From the IMG/VR virus record IMGVR_UViG_3300030330_002824, positions 1 to 28,774 of that record: a DNA stretch of 28,774 bases. One strand, given 5' to 3'. The DNA is from a virus (lineage: Duplodnaviria > Caudoviricetes). Shown here piece after piece: positions 8,934-17,643 of the stretch (the first letter of the stretch is position 1; the number at the start of each line of letters is the position of its first letter). A program made the position numbers and the translations under genes. Below the pieces are notes generated by a model, which was not told where the DNA came from, did no database searches, and saw only the letters and a list, made by a program, of their open reading frames with translations.

Positions 8934-9308
8934 TTACCTCCTGTAGAGAACCGAGATTCCAACAGCTTTGAGGTTGGTCATAGTGCCAACTGATTCTATT
9001 GATATCTCAAGAGATGAATTTACTCTCAAGCCTGCAAGAGGAAAGAAGATATTAAATCTGCTGTTAGCTGAACTGTACAAGAATTCGGATCCTGAAGATA
9101 TGCAATCAAATATTCTATATATCTCAGTGCTTCCATCAAAAAGTTTGTATATGAAACCGCCATCGTCCTGATCACCGCTACTAAGCGTGGCACCGCATGT
9201 AATACTCTTAAGAGCTAGCGGTCCAGTCAGCAACGAGGTACGAGTGCTGGAGTCTGCTATGGGATCGGGATGGAAGTAATTCGTTAATCCTGTGGGGTAA
9301 ACGCTCAA
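8934..9308 (-). CDS. Array paralog A (~124 aa; TTG at 9308 preferred)
   Basis: AGGGGT RBS precedes TTG-AGC-GTT, giving MSVYPTGLTNYF, which aligns with MAVYPAGVKQYF of 6907..7275. Confidence 0.8.
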   Translation of the reverse strand: MSVYPTGLTNYFHPDPIADSSTRTSLLTGPLALKSITCGATLSSGDQDDGGFIYKLFDGSTEIYRIFDCISSGSEFLYSSANSRFNIFFPLAGLRVNSSLEISIESVGTMTNLKAVGISVLYRR

Positions 9309-9324
9309 CTTGATACCCCTAAGC

Positions 9325-9372
9325 AAAAAGACTGAGGCCGCAGACCAGATGTAATGTCTGATCTACGGCCTC
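9325..9372 (-). terminator. Long hairpin plus U-tract, probable intrinsic terminator/attenuator upstream of the paralog array
   Basis: Minus-strand GAGGCCGUAGAUCAGA-CAUUACA-UCUGGUCUGCGGCCUC (16-bp stem with G-U pairs) followed by AGUCUUUUU. Confidence 0.6.
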
Positions 9373-9420
9373 TTGTCGTTGGGGAGTGAGATCCCTGTAC
9401 CACTGGGGGTCGTTCAAGGA

Positions 9421-10335
9421 TTACCAGTTGCCACCAGAGTAGGGGTAGTACGCTCCGGGGCGAGACAGGCCACTAACAACATAATCAACAGCCATATCCA
9501 TGTTGAAGCCTGCTGCTCCGTTCAGGTACTCAAACGCAATCGAGTATCCCTCCGTGGAGTCCATCGGCATAGTGTTAGTAATCGTGTTCGTCTTCTTTCC
9601 ATTCACATAGAAATCAGTGTGCCCAGTGCCAGCCGAAGCGTCAGTCCAACGAGTACGGAACCCGAGGGTGTACCAAACGAAATCACCCGCAGTCACACCG
9701 GCAATGTCCGTCTTCACGTTAGTGCCGGTGGCCGTCGAAGAAGTAACCGCAGCATTCGTTGAAAACACGCCAAGAACGCCGTCTTCGCCAACGTGGAATC
9801 CCGTGCCACCGCCAGCAGCGATAGTCAAAGCTCCGGTAGCCGGGGCCATGAAGCTCGTATCCGTTGTGATCCAACCGAAACAAGCCTTCCCGCCCCAAGT
9901 CGTGGTCTCACTAGAAAAACCAACCCGGAACTTCATGATCATCTCACGATTGTCCATCAGGGTAGCAGTAGAAGTGATCGGACCAAGAAGGTTCAACTGC
10001 GGAGTTGAAGTTTCAGTGCCACTCGGAGCGGCGTTGTAAGCAACCTGAGTTCCGTCATCATCGCCAGTTCCAGGGTTCAGCAGAAGGTATCCAGTCGCTG
10101 CGTCTACAACTTCAGTCGGGCTCGCAGCCGCGCCGATATTCGTAACCGTAAACCCGGCTCCGGCAAGAAGTCCGTCTGCAAAAGGGTAGTCAAAGTCTTC
10201 AACCTGAAGCTGATACGGAGTACGAGTCTGTTCAAATGCCGCCACCGGCACGTCAGCAAAAAGACCGCCCTCTGCGGCATCACTTCCTAAAATTGCACCC
10301 TGAAAATGAGTGCCTCTAATTTCTCTATTCGACAT
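9421..10335 (-). CDS. Putative virion structural protein (304 aa), possibly capsid fibre/decoration with lectin-like beta-sandwich
   Basis: N-terminal THFQGAIL motif; A/G/T-rich; DFYVNG and MAVDYV motifs reminiscent of ConA-like folds; downstream of the capsid gene. Confidence 0.55.
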   Translation of the reverse strand: MSNREIRGTHFQGAILGSDAAEGGLFADVPVAAFEQTRTPYQLQVEDFDYPFADGLLAGAGFTVTNIGAAASPTEVVDAATGYLLLNPGTGDDDGTQVAYNAAPSGTETSTPQLNLLGPITSTATLMDNREMIMKFRVGFSSETTTWGGKACFGWITTDTSFMAPATGALTIAAGGGTGFHVGEDGVLGVFSTNAAVTSSTATGTNVKTDIAGVTAGDFVWYTLGFRTRWTDASAGTGHTDFYVNGKKTNTITNTMPMDSTEGYSIAFEYLNGAAGFNMDMAVDYVVSGLSRPGAYYPYSGGNW

Positions 10336-10421
10336 TGTTCTTCCTAACTGGCTCTAAGAGCTGGCCCAATGGGCTGGTTTGGAAATTCAAAGAAACGCTA
10401 CTTACGTTTCCGTGAAATCTT

Positions 10422-10586
10422 TTACTTACCGACCTTCTTCATCGCCTTCTTGTGGGCTGAAGTAAAGGTCTCTCCGTTCTTCATAAGTCTACGCATTTCA
10501 GCCATGTGCTTTGGCGTGTGATGAACGGAATGCTTCTTGAGAGTTTCTTGCTGTCGCTTCGTGAGAGCTTTCTTCTTAGCAACCAT
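10422..10586 (-). CDS. Small basic His/Lys-rich protein (54 aa), below the ORF-track cutoff
   Basis: ATG overlaps the upstream stop (TAATG). Reads MVAKKKALTKRQQETLKKHSVHHTPKHMAEMRRLMKNGETFTSAHKKAMKKVGK. Confidence 0.75.
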   Translation of the reverse strand: MVAKKKALTKRQQETLKKHSVHHTPKHMAEMRRLMKNGETFTSAHKKAMKKVGK

Positions 10587-10864
10587 TACCACTTAACCTT
10601 GTCTGCCCAATAAGCAGCAGACATCTTGCCCTTGGAAATATTTTTTCCGTGTCGGGCTTTGAAAGACTTACGTTTTGCCTTCATCCTGTCCGACTCGCCC
10701 TTCTTAGGCTTGCCAGCAGTCTTCGCACCCTTCTCACCGAAACGAATCAGCTTGATCTTGTCGCCTTCTTTAGCAAGAACAGCATGACTCTTCGTCTTGT
10801 GGTTGGGAGTCCTCTTCGGCTTGTTGTAGCCGGAAAATGTTTCGCTACCGCGCTTGATAGCCAT
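10586..10864 (-). CDS. Small basic conserved phage protein (92 aa)
   Basis: GYNKPKRTP.H..KSH.VLAK.G...KLIRFG...RKSFKARH...SAAYWADKVKW. Confidence 0.8.
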   Translation of the reverse strand: MAIKRGSETFSGYNKPKRTPNHKTKSHAVLAKEGDKIKLIRFGEKGAKTAGKPKKGESDRMKAKRKSFKARHGKNISKGKMSAAYWADKVKW

Positions 10865-10866
10865 GC

Positions 10867-11124
10867 CTAACCCTTCCGGTGCTTCGCAGTCTTCTTGGCA
10901 ATCTTCTTAGGCTGCTTGGAAAACTGCTTACCCTTCTTGGTGTCTTCGCGCTTCTTTCTAGAAGTCGCAGCGTATTCTTTATCCGACAAAGCTTCTCTGG
11001 CTTTTTTCGGAAGGTATCTCTCTCCAGTAGCCTTCTTTCCCTGAGTGCTGGGCTTGCCGGATTTAGTACCCCATTCTTCTTTAGTCCACTTCTTTAGGGA
11101 CTTTTGAGACTTCTTGAGAGCCAT
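10867..11124 (-). CDS. Small basic protein (85 aa), resembles the C-terminal half of DUF5872-like proteins
   Basis: QKSLKKWTKEEWGTKSG...RYLPKKA...LS..E...T..KK.....GKQF. Confidence 0.7.
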   Translation of the reverse strand: MALKKSQKSLKKWTKEEWGTKSGKPSTQGKKATGERYLPKKAREALSDKEYAATSRKKREDTKKGKQFSKQPKKIAKKTAKHRKG

Positions 11125-11324
11125 TAGTCTCGGTATCCCCCGCCCTTGGCCTTGTATTCCTTAGCCAGCATCTGGGCTTTACGGGCACTCCACTGGCCGG
11201 GCTTACCGCCCTTGCTACCAGCCTTGATCTTCTTAAAGAGGCCCTCTCGCATCTTCGGCTTGGTGTAGTTCCCAGCCTGATTAACCTTGCTCTTCGCTTT
11301 CTTGGCAGGTTTCTTTTTAGCCAC
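11124..11324 (-). CDS. Small basic protein (~66 aa; GTG at 11324), resembles the N-terminal half of DUF5872-like proteins
   Basis: GAGG RBS before GTG. NYTKPKMRE...GSKGGKPGQWSARKAQMLAKEYKAKGGGY. Confidence 0.7.
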   Translation of the reverse strand: MAKKKPAKKAKSKVNQAGNYTKPKMREGLFKKIKAGSKGGKPGQWSARKAQMLAKEYKAKGGGYRD

Positions 11325-11553
11325 CTGAACCTCTGTGTAGCATCTCAAAAGCCCAAGTAACTAAACCGACAAAAACGACACAAGCAGAACAAACGCCATA
11401 AACTCTGTACTTGAACTGGTTCAACTCAAGTCGAACAGAATCAATCTCGTCAAGTAATCCATTCAAGATAGTCTTGTCGTTCCTAACTCGATGCTCAAGG
11501 TTAGAAATCTTCTGCTCTATTACTCCTATTTCTCTTTCGGATATGGGAGTCAT
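11317..11553 (-). CDS. Coiled-coil plus C-terminal TM protein, XhlA/holin-like (~78 aa)
   Basis: Heptad-rich N-terminus followed by hydrophobic VYGVCSACVVFVGLVTWAF. Confidence 0.5.
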   Translation of the reverse strand: MTPISEREIGVIEQKISNLEHRVRNDKTILNGLLDEIDSVRLELNQFKYRVYGVCSACVVFVGLVTWAFEMLHRGSGG

Positions 11554-11560
11554 AGCTACC

Positions 11561-11592
11561 AAAGAAAAGGGCGGGGCCGAAGCCCCGCCCCT
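11561..11592 (-). terminator. Intrinsic terminator after the major capsid gene
   Basis: Minus-strand AGGGGCGGGGC-UUCG-GCCCCGCCC-UUUUCUUU, about 10 nt after the capsid stop. Confidence 0.9.
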
Positions 11593-11602
11593 CTCAGGCG
11601 TA

Positions 11603-12523
11603 TCAGGTCACGTTGCCGCTTCCGAAGATTCCGAGATAATCGGAAACGCCGAAGCTGTATCGCTCGCGAGCCTTGTACCGGACGTTACCGGTATCGAAGT
11701 CACCGTCCATACCCGTCTGCATCGGGGTACGGGTGAAGTGCTTCATGCCATTCGGCACATCCGTCATCACGAACCACCACTTCTTCGTCGAAGTCGTGAA
11801 GAAGTGATTCACCGAATAACCCTCAGGGATCGTTCCGTTGGAACGGAGGGCATTGATGTCGTTGTCAGCAGTTCCCGGACGGAGTTCCGTGTCGAGAATT
11901 CGCGTAGCAACGAACTGGTTGTACGGAGCCACAATGAGCCGTCTCGGGCGAGCAGCGATCTGGAGACCACGGGAATCCGTGAAATCCGACAGATCGATCA
12001 CTGCCTGCTCAAGCGAGGTCTCGTTGAGATCCGAAGCCGTGCCGAGAACATTCGACAGATCCGAAGCACCCACCGTGGGGTGATCCGAGGCACAGAGGGC
12101 CTTACCATCACCAGCCGAAAAGTTGGTGTTGGTAAAGGCGTTGTTCAGCGGGAACATCGCCTTGACCTGCTTCGTGTGAGCCATCGATCGGGCAAGCGCC
12201 TTGGTGTAGCGTGCCGAAACCGAATCATAGAGGTTGTCTTCGACAGCCTCTTCGGTGATCGAGAAGCCCATCGCCACCGTCTCGTGGGTGTAGCGAGAGG
12301 TGAAGTCTTCCTGTGCCGTATCGTAAGCGATAGCGGAACCCTCGGACTTAACCGGCGCTGCACCGAAACCAGACAGCTTGACCTCTTCCTCGAAGGATCG
12401 CTCCGACGATTCGGTCTCGTAGATGGCCTCATGCTCGTTCTCGTAAGAGTTGTACTCCATCCCAAACAGGGCGTTCAGCCCCGGGAGGAGTTCCTTCATC
12501 ATTTGCGCTCTAGAAATAGCCAT
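11603..12523 (-). CDS. Major capsid protein (306 aa)
   Basis: MAISRAQMMKELLPGLNALFGMEY...EEEVKLSGFG.AP.K.EG...DFDTGNVRYKARERYSFG. Strong GGAGG RBS, biased codon usage, followed by a terminator. Confidence 0.9.
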   Translation of the reverse strand: MAISRAQMMKELLPGLNALFGMEYNSYENEHEAIYETESSERSFEEEVKLSGFGAAPVKSEGSAIAYDTAQEDFTSRYTHETVAMGFSITEEAVEDNLYDSVSARYTKALARSMAHTKQVKAMFPLNNAFTNTNFSAGDGKALCASDHPTVGASDLSNVLGTASDLNETSLEQAVIDLSDFTDSRGLQIAARPRRLIVAPYNQFVATRILDTELRPGTADNDINALRSNGTIPEGYSVNHFFTTSTKKWWFVMTDVPNGMKHFTRTPMQTGMDGDFDTGNVRYKARERYSFGVSDYLGIFGSGNVT

Positions 12524-12539
12524 GATTTAGTTACCTCCC

Positions 12540-13109
12540 TTAGAAGAGCGGGGTGGTCTGAATACCCGCAGCAGCGAACCGCACGAGAATATCAGGGGTA
12601 GAGGAAGTCGAGTTCTCGTTATCGACAACGCCAACATTGATGAGAATGGCATCTGAACCATTCGCAGCCGTGTTGACAGCAACCAGATTCGAGACTCCAG
12701 TGTCCGTCCCTCCAGACCCAGAGAGCAGATGCTTGAAGCCGACCTGATCGTCAGCAAAGGAAGCATTGCCCTGAACCTGAAAGAGATAACTATCTGCCGG
12801 AGCGATAAAAGCAAAGCTCTTATCATTTACCCCAGTTCCGTCGTAGTAGTTGCCCCACTTCTGCTCACCGGAGGCATTCTCCCAGGTAGCGCCAACAAGG
12901 ACGCCGCAAGAAAGTGCCGCCGCCTGATCGGTGGGCGCTTCGTTCTTCTTCAAACCGTATGCGTTAGCCGATGCGGAAACCGTGTAAAACACGGGGCTTC
13001 CGTTATAGATGGCATTCGCCTTCTCGTCGTTCTCAATCTGAACCTTGACGAAGCCGCCGTTCTGAGAACGCGCACCAGCCCGCATTACCGGACGTAATCC
13101 GTAGGCCAT
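12540..13109 (-). CDS. Capsid-associated (decoration/cement-like) protein (189 aa)
   Basis: MAYGLRPV N-terminus; directly upstream of the capsid gene; AGGAG RBS. Confidence 0.6.
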   Translation of the reverse strand: MAYGLRPVMRAGARSQNGGFVKVQIENDEKANAIYNGSPVFYTVSASANAYGLKKNEAPTDQAAALSCGVLVGATWENASGEQKWGNYYDGTGVNDKSFAFIAPADSYLFQVQGNASFADDQVGFKHLLSGSGGTDTGVSNLVAVNTAANGSDAILINVGVVDNENSTSSTPDILVRFAAAGIQTTPLF

Positions 13110-13158
13110 TTTAATTCTCCTGAATCAATCGGGAGACTTGGCGCAAGTACATCTAACG

Positions 13159-13626
13159 CTAGTTCTTCCCGAATGTGATCCGAGAAGTACGCTCAGGTTT
13201 GAGCATCGGCATTCTCGGATCTTGCTGTCTAAAGTAATCCTGATCCACCGATTCCATCTGCAAGTTGACTTCCTTCTCCTGATGCTCTCGAATCTGTTCA
13301 CCGATTTCGGTGGGGCGAGCGCAAAGCAAGAGTCCCCCGATAACTACGCTATCGGGGAAGTCACTACCTCTGTCCGAGATCACCTTGAGTTCAGGGTAAT
13401 CTGCTGCGACAACAGGTTCCCATCCGTCCCGAAGAGCCTGAGAAACATTCTTGTTATCAGACTCGCCCCGCATGGAGACTCGGACATACCGAAACTCCAG
13501 ACCCTCTCTCGGGTCAGGGCTGGGAAGAAGGGAAGAAGGCTTCCACGGTGTATTACGCTTTGTCTTTTCACGGGTTTCATTCTCTCTAGTTCGAGAACTT
13601 CCACCGTTATTGCGCGATTCAGTCAT
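13159..13626 (-). CDS. Conserved phage head-module protein (155 aa)
   Basis: WKPSSLLP.P....G..FRYVR...G..D..NV....R.GWEPV...GGLLLC..P, between scaffold and capsid genes. Confidence 0.75.
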   Translation of the reverse strand: MTESRNNGGSSRTRENETREKTKRNTPWKPSSLLPSPDPREGLEFRYVRVSMRGESDNKNVSQALRDGWEPVVAADYPELKVISDRGSDFPDSVVIGGLLLCARPTEIGEQIREHQEKEVNLQMESVDQDYFRQQDPRMPMLKPERTSRITFGKN

Positions 13627-14540
13627 TACCCGATCTCCTTCAGGAGCTGCTTGGCGTACTGCTCTGGTGTGATACCCAGCCGTTTCGCGAGAGCGACTTG
13701 GGTGGAGGTTAGCTGCACTCTGCGGGGCTTCCCTGACGATCTATCCGCCGGGGCAACCACCGTACTCGATCGACGACTCGCAGCGGGCTCCTCCGCACCC
13801 GTATCGACGCCGAACTGAGAGGGAAAGACTTCCCTCATTCTCTGATCAATCTTCTGGTAATACTCTTCGCTCTCCGGGTTTACCCCGTCGTTCATTACCA
13901 GTTTTTCATGGACTCCATATGCAAACGAAGTCATCTCTCGATCCTTACCGAACCAACTGTTATCTCCAAGCCAACGCTCAAGTCGGGGGTCCGGTGCCTT
14001 CGGCGGGGGAGGCGGCGGGGGCGCATTTTCCATCTGCGGCACCGACCTCTCGGCCATCATCTTTTCACTCTGGGATCGATTCAACGCCTCTTGAGCAACG
14101 ATGAGCTGATCCGGGTCGCCGGACTCATACGCTGTCTTGTAATCGATGCGGGCCTTTTCGAGAGCAGCATCAGCCCGACCGCGCATCTCTGAGATAAGAA
14201 CCTTCTCGCCTCGTTCGAGAACTTCCTTGAGCTGCTGGTTCTCCTGAGCCACTTGTTCTGCGTAGCGGACGGCTTCTTCGCGCATTCGCTCGGCGGCTTC
14301 TTTGGAACGTCGCTCCTCATGGAACTCGTACTTCAGCTTGTTGATTCTCTTCTGGGCTCTTCCACCAACCTCTTCAATCTCTGAGTCGTTATCGTCGGAT
14401 TCGCTAGAGCGGGGCTCTACCTGATCATCCTCGGGGCGATCATCGACTACATCAATCTCGAAAACGTCGGAGTCATCTTCCAATACGTTCAAAGGCTCCG
14501 CGAGCGGATTACCCATAAGATCGTCCAGATCCGCACTCAT
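13626..14540 (-). CDS. Capsid scaffolding protein (304 aa)
   Basis: Acidic N-terminus, long coiled coil, W...N.WFG motif, C-terminal LT..QVALAKRLGITPEQYAKQ; lies between portal and capsid. Confidence 0.75.
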   Translation of the reverse strand: MSADLDDLMGNPLAEPLNVLEDDSDVFEIDVVDDRPEDDQVEPRSSESDDNDSEIEEVGGRAQKRINKLKYEFHEERRSKEAAERMREEAVRYAEQVAQENQQLKEVLERGEKVLISEMRGRADAALEKARIDYKTAYESGDPDQLIVAQEALNRSQSEKMMAERSVPQMENAPPPPPPPKAPDPRLERWLGDNSWFGKDREMTSFAYGVHEKLVMNDGVNPESEEYYQKIDQRMREVFPSQFGVDTGAEEPAASRRSSTVVAPADRSSGKPRRVQLTSTQVALAKRLGITPEQYAKQLLKEIG

Positions 14541-14920
14541 GCTCTCACCACTCCTCTCGGATCATCCACTACGGCCTCAACAGAGTCGTCGTTGATAATT
14601 CTGAATTCCTTACCGTGGATTCTTAGTCGCGTTCCTGAATATGCGCGCATCACAATCCAATCACCCTCTTTACACCAAGGGCCGTGCGGAAATCTTTCCT
14701 TATCGGCATAAGCGTCAGGGCCAGCCTTGAGAACAAACCCAACGATGCTTGCAACGGACTCTGCGTCTCGTCGTTCGCCGGGAATGTAAAGACCGCCTTC
14801 TGTCGTCTCTTCTACTTCGGGAAGCGCAATCAAGAGCCGGTATCCACTCGGATCCGGCAACTGAGTGGGCTTCTTCGATTCTTCGGGAACCTCATTGTTG
14901 TACTGAATTGCTTCAGCCAT
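14537..14920 (-). CDS. groES: GroES/Cpn10-like co-chaperonin (127 aa)
   Basis: P.GYRLLI...EETTEGGLYIP...G.VLKAGP...KEGD.IV...YSGT...I.GKEFRIINDDSVEAVV matches the Cpn10 pattern. Confidence 0.85.
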   Translation of the reverse strand: MAEAIQYNNEVPEESKKPTQLPDPSGYRLLIALPEVEETTEGGLYIPGERRDAESVASIVGFVLKAGPDAYADKERFPHGPWCKEGDWIVMRAYSGTRLRIHGKEFRIINDDSVEAVVDDPRGVVRA

Positions 14921-14985
14921 TTTGCCCTCTTTTGCGACGGAAGTTAATGGCCTTCGTCGTTTGCCATTGCGCCCTGTTTAGGCGA

Positions 14986-15171
14986 TTAAGATTCCTCAGA
15001 TAGACTGATAACTTCCTTGAGTTCTAGCTCAGCCATCTGGAGTCCTTTTAATATTCCACAAATATGACGGTACTCTTCGTAAGATGCAACAGAACCACCG
15101 CAGATATGTTCATTATGAGTTTTAATCAGTTCTGAAAGACGAAAAAGCAATGCGTCTATAACAGGGTCCAA
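14986..15171 (-). CDS. Small conserved phage protein (61 aa)
   Basis: GGAG RBS, TTG start; G....YEEYRHICG..KGL motif; follows portal. Confidence 0.7.
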   Translation of the reverse strand: MDPVIDALLFRLSELIKTHNEHICGGSVASYEEYRHICGILKGLQMAELELKEVISLSEES

Positions 15172-15180
15172 TATTGCTCC

Positions 15181-17643
15181 TTACTCGATGTTCTTCAAAA
15201 GTTCAAGGTCGGCTTTCATCGCCTCGATCTTTTCTCTGGACTCAGTTTCAGCAAGATCAACCGCAGCGTCCATTTCACTCTTGGCAATCTCTACATCGTT
15301 GTTCTCTTCCGAGATCATCTTGTTAGTAGAGATACGAGTTAACTCGACATCATTTCTCTCACGCATCTTCTCGCGATCGAGTTGCAGTCTTGCCTTCTTC
15401 TCTTCGATGTTCGCCATCGTCTCCATCTCTCTGATCTGGAGTTCCTTCTGGCGCATCTGGACAATCGGGTCTTCCGCCTGCTCCTGATTCTTCTGCTGCT
15501 GAGCCTGAGCCATGCTCTGCTGAAGAACCTTTTCCGAAGCCTGAGCGACCAGAGCCGATAGCTGGTTCTGAATTTCCGGGGGCAGATCTTCATCGAGCGG
15601 GGGCAGGGGCGCACCCAACTGCTTCTCGATCTCCGCTCTGTACTGGAACGCAATATGCTCAGTGATGTGAGCGGCCATTGCCGCCTCGATTGCCTTGGCG
15701 TTCGGCGACTTACTCACCATCTCTAGGATCTGCGGGTTCTGCACCGCACTGATATGAGTCTGGATGTGAGCTTCGTGGTCTTGCCACTGGAATGCCTTGA
15801 CCGGCTTATTGTTGAGAACTTCCATGTTCTCCGTAACCGGATCTCGGGCTTCCACCTCATCCTTGAGCGGGATGATCTGGTCAGGATCCTTGATCCCCAG
15901 AACGTCAAGCATCTGCCGGTGAAGCAGTGGCATGTCGTACATCTGGGGAGCCGTGCCTGCCAACTGGAGCGCGGCCTGATACTGCATGATCCGCTGAGCC
16001 ATCGTTGCAGAGTTCGGATCGCTAACCGGGATCACGTCAATCCGGTCATCGAAGTCCGTCTGGCTCATCATTTCGTTCCCGTCCTGATCATACGGGTACG
16101 AGTGCGGTGCATAATCCTTCACGATATCCGCGAGGATCTCGAATTCCTTCTTCATTGCAGAGTGAAGTCTGGCCTGAACCGCAGACATCACCTTCATGGA
16201 GCGTTCCAGCAGCGCGAGAGTCGTCCCGACCGGGGCCTGCTGGTTCATATCGCTGATCTGGAGGTCCGTCAGGGACGCGAAGCGCCTTCCTTCTTCGACG
16301 ATGTTCCCCAGAAGCTGATAAAGGACGCCGGAAGGCTCCTTGTACGGCAAAAACTGGATATTGTCGCGAATTGCACCACTCGGAACGTCCACATCGCGGA
16401 ATTCGCCGGGCGTAATCGGCGTATCGTCGCCCCGAATCCGTAATCCGCGCGATTTCAGGCCACCCGGGAGGTTACTGAGCGTACCTGCGTCCACTAACTG
16501 GCGAAGAATCGACGTTGCAGACTTCGCAATGCCGCCAATCATGTGAATTAAGCCGAATCCGTAGAACCCAAGGCCCGGGATGTACTCATAACTGACGAAA
16601 TGCTGACGGGGCGTGTAGTTTTCGTCGTCTTCCAACCAGTTTCGGCGGATCGAAAGGACTTTTCTAGAGCCCTTATCGATCGTAACCACATAAGGAAGGG
16701 CGATTCCGGTCTCTTCCCCGTCCTTTGTATGCTCAAAACCTGCGAGATCGATGTCAGTCTGGATCTCAAGCAGGGTGCAGCGGCTGTCATTCTCGAATCC
16801 GGGGCTTTCTCCGGTTAAATCGTCGTACTCTTCTTGAATATCCGAGATGCTTCCGTTGTCCGGGTCGATATCCACGTCCGCGTAGAAGCCATTCACCTGT
16901 AATTTCCGCACATCATTGCGGTTTCGCTTCATTACATGGGTGATTCTTTCGGCAGTTTCTAGGGTCGAAGCCCCATAAGACACCACCAAGTCTTCTGCCG
17001 GGACAAACATTGCACAGGGGCGGCCCATATTGGCGTCCCAGTACACCTTTCGGAAGGCGGAACCTGCCAGCGGAAGACTGAAGAGCATCTTCTCCGTCTC
17101 CGCGCGGTACTCGGTCATTACTTCCGTGACCATGTAGTTCATAAACTCTTGAACGCGCGCGGCCTGCTTGGCCTTCTCGTCCGTGATGCGGCCTACGATC
17201 TTGGTCGAAACAGGGCCAGCAGCCGGGAAAATTTCTCCAATCGCCTGAGACTGGAAACGCACAACTGCTTCAGAAAGTATTGGATGGGTGACTCCACAAG
17301 CTCCCTCCCAGGGAGAAGTTCTGTCCTCAATCTTCAAGCCAAGCTGCTTGAGGCCCTTGATGTAGGTCTCTTCCCAGTCCTTCCGGCTGCCCTTATCCGA
17401 AAGAAAAGCCCCCACTAACTCCGAAGACAGACGAGTGAGATCCTGCTCGTCCATGAACTCGACAAGATTGGAGTCGAACTCGTCTCCGGCCAGACTCTCG
17501 TCCGGGTCGAAGTCGATGATCATGCCGCCATCTTCCGCCTCGATGATGACGGACTCAGGGTTCACAACTTCGATGGAGACTTCCTCATCCATGAAATCGC
17601 TAGAACTCATCGGCATATCTGTAAGGGCTTTTTCAATCGCCAA
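15181..17643 (-). CDS. Portal protein (820 aa, P22-like with long C-terminal coiled coil)
   Basis: SRKDWEETY..GL..LG...PWEGACGV.HP.L.EAVVRFQ...LPLAGSAFRKVY...GFYGFGLIH..G...LRQLVDAGTLSNLPGG; Q/E-rich helical tail. Confidence 0.9.
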   Translation of the reverse strand: MAIEKALTDMPMSSSDFMDEEVSIEVVNPESVIIEAEDGGMIIDFDPDESLAGDEFDSNLVEFMDEQDLTRLSSELVGAFLSDKGSRKDWEETYIKGLKQLGLKIEDRTSPWEGACGVTHPILSEAVVRFQSQAIGEIFPAAGPVSTKIVGRITDEKAKQAARVQEFMNYMVTEVMTEYRAETEKMLFSLPLAGSAFRKVYWDANMGRPCAMFVPAEDLVVSYGASTLETAERITHVMKRNRNDVRKLQVNGFYADVDIDPDNGSISDIQEEYDDLTGESPGFENDSRCTLLEIQTDIDLAGFEHTKDGEETGIALPYVVTIDKGSRKVLSIRRNWLEDDENYTPRQHFVSYEYIPGLGFYGFGLIHMIGGIAKSATSILRQLVDAGTLSNLPGGLKSRGLRIRGDDTPITPGEFRDVDVPSGAIRDNIQFLPYKEPSGVLYQLLGNIVEEGRRFASLTDLQISDMNQQAPVGTTLALLERSMKVMSAVQARLHSAMKKEFEILADIVKDYAPHSYPYDQDGNEMMSQTDFDDRIDVIPVSDPNSATMAQRIMQYQAALQLAGTAPQMYDMPLLHRQMLDVLGIKDPDQIIPLKDEVEARDPVTENMEVLNNKPVKAFQWQDHEAHIQTHISAVQNPQILEMVSKSPNAKAIEAAMAAHITEHIAFQYRAEIEKQLGAPLPPLDEDLPPEIQNQLSALVAQASEKVLQQSMAQAQQQKNQEQAEDPIVQMRQKELQIREMETMANIEEKKARLQLDREKMRERNDVELTRISTNKMISEENNDVEIAKSEMDAAVDLAETESREKIEAMKADLELLKNIE

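Noticed and set aside
5268-9308. Paralog array as diversity-generating retroelement targets or an invertible shufflon
   Set aside because: No reverse transcriptase or recombinase in the window, no near-identical TR/VR nucleotide pair seen, all genes co-oriented, and divergence spans the whole genes.
10404-10420. parS-like sequence GTTTCCGTGAAAT
   Set aside because: Differs from GTTTCACGTGAAAC by a deletion and a mismatch; single copy; no parB in the window.
11411-12601. 396-aa plus-strand ORF
   Set aside because: Antisense shadow of the codon-biased major capsid gene; no protein-like motifs.
15754-16443. 229-aa plus-strand ORF (and similar ones at 13138..13818 and 9617..10039)
   Set aside because: Antisense to portal or other well-supported structural genes.
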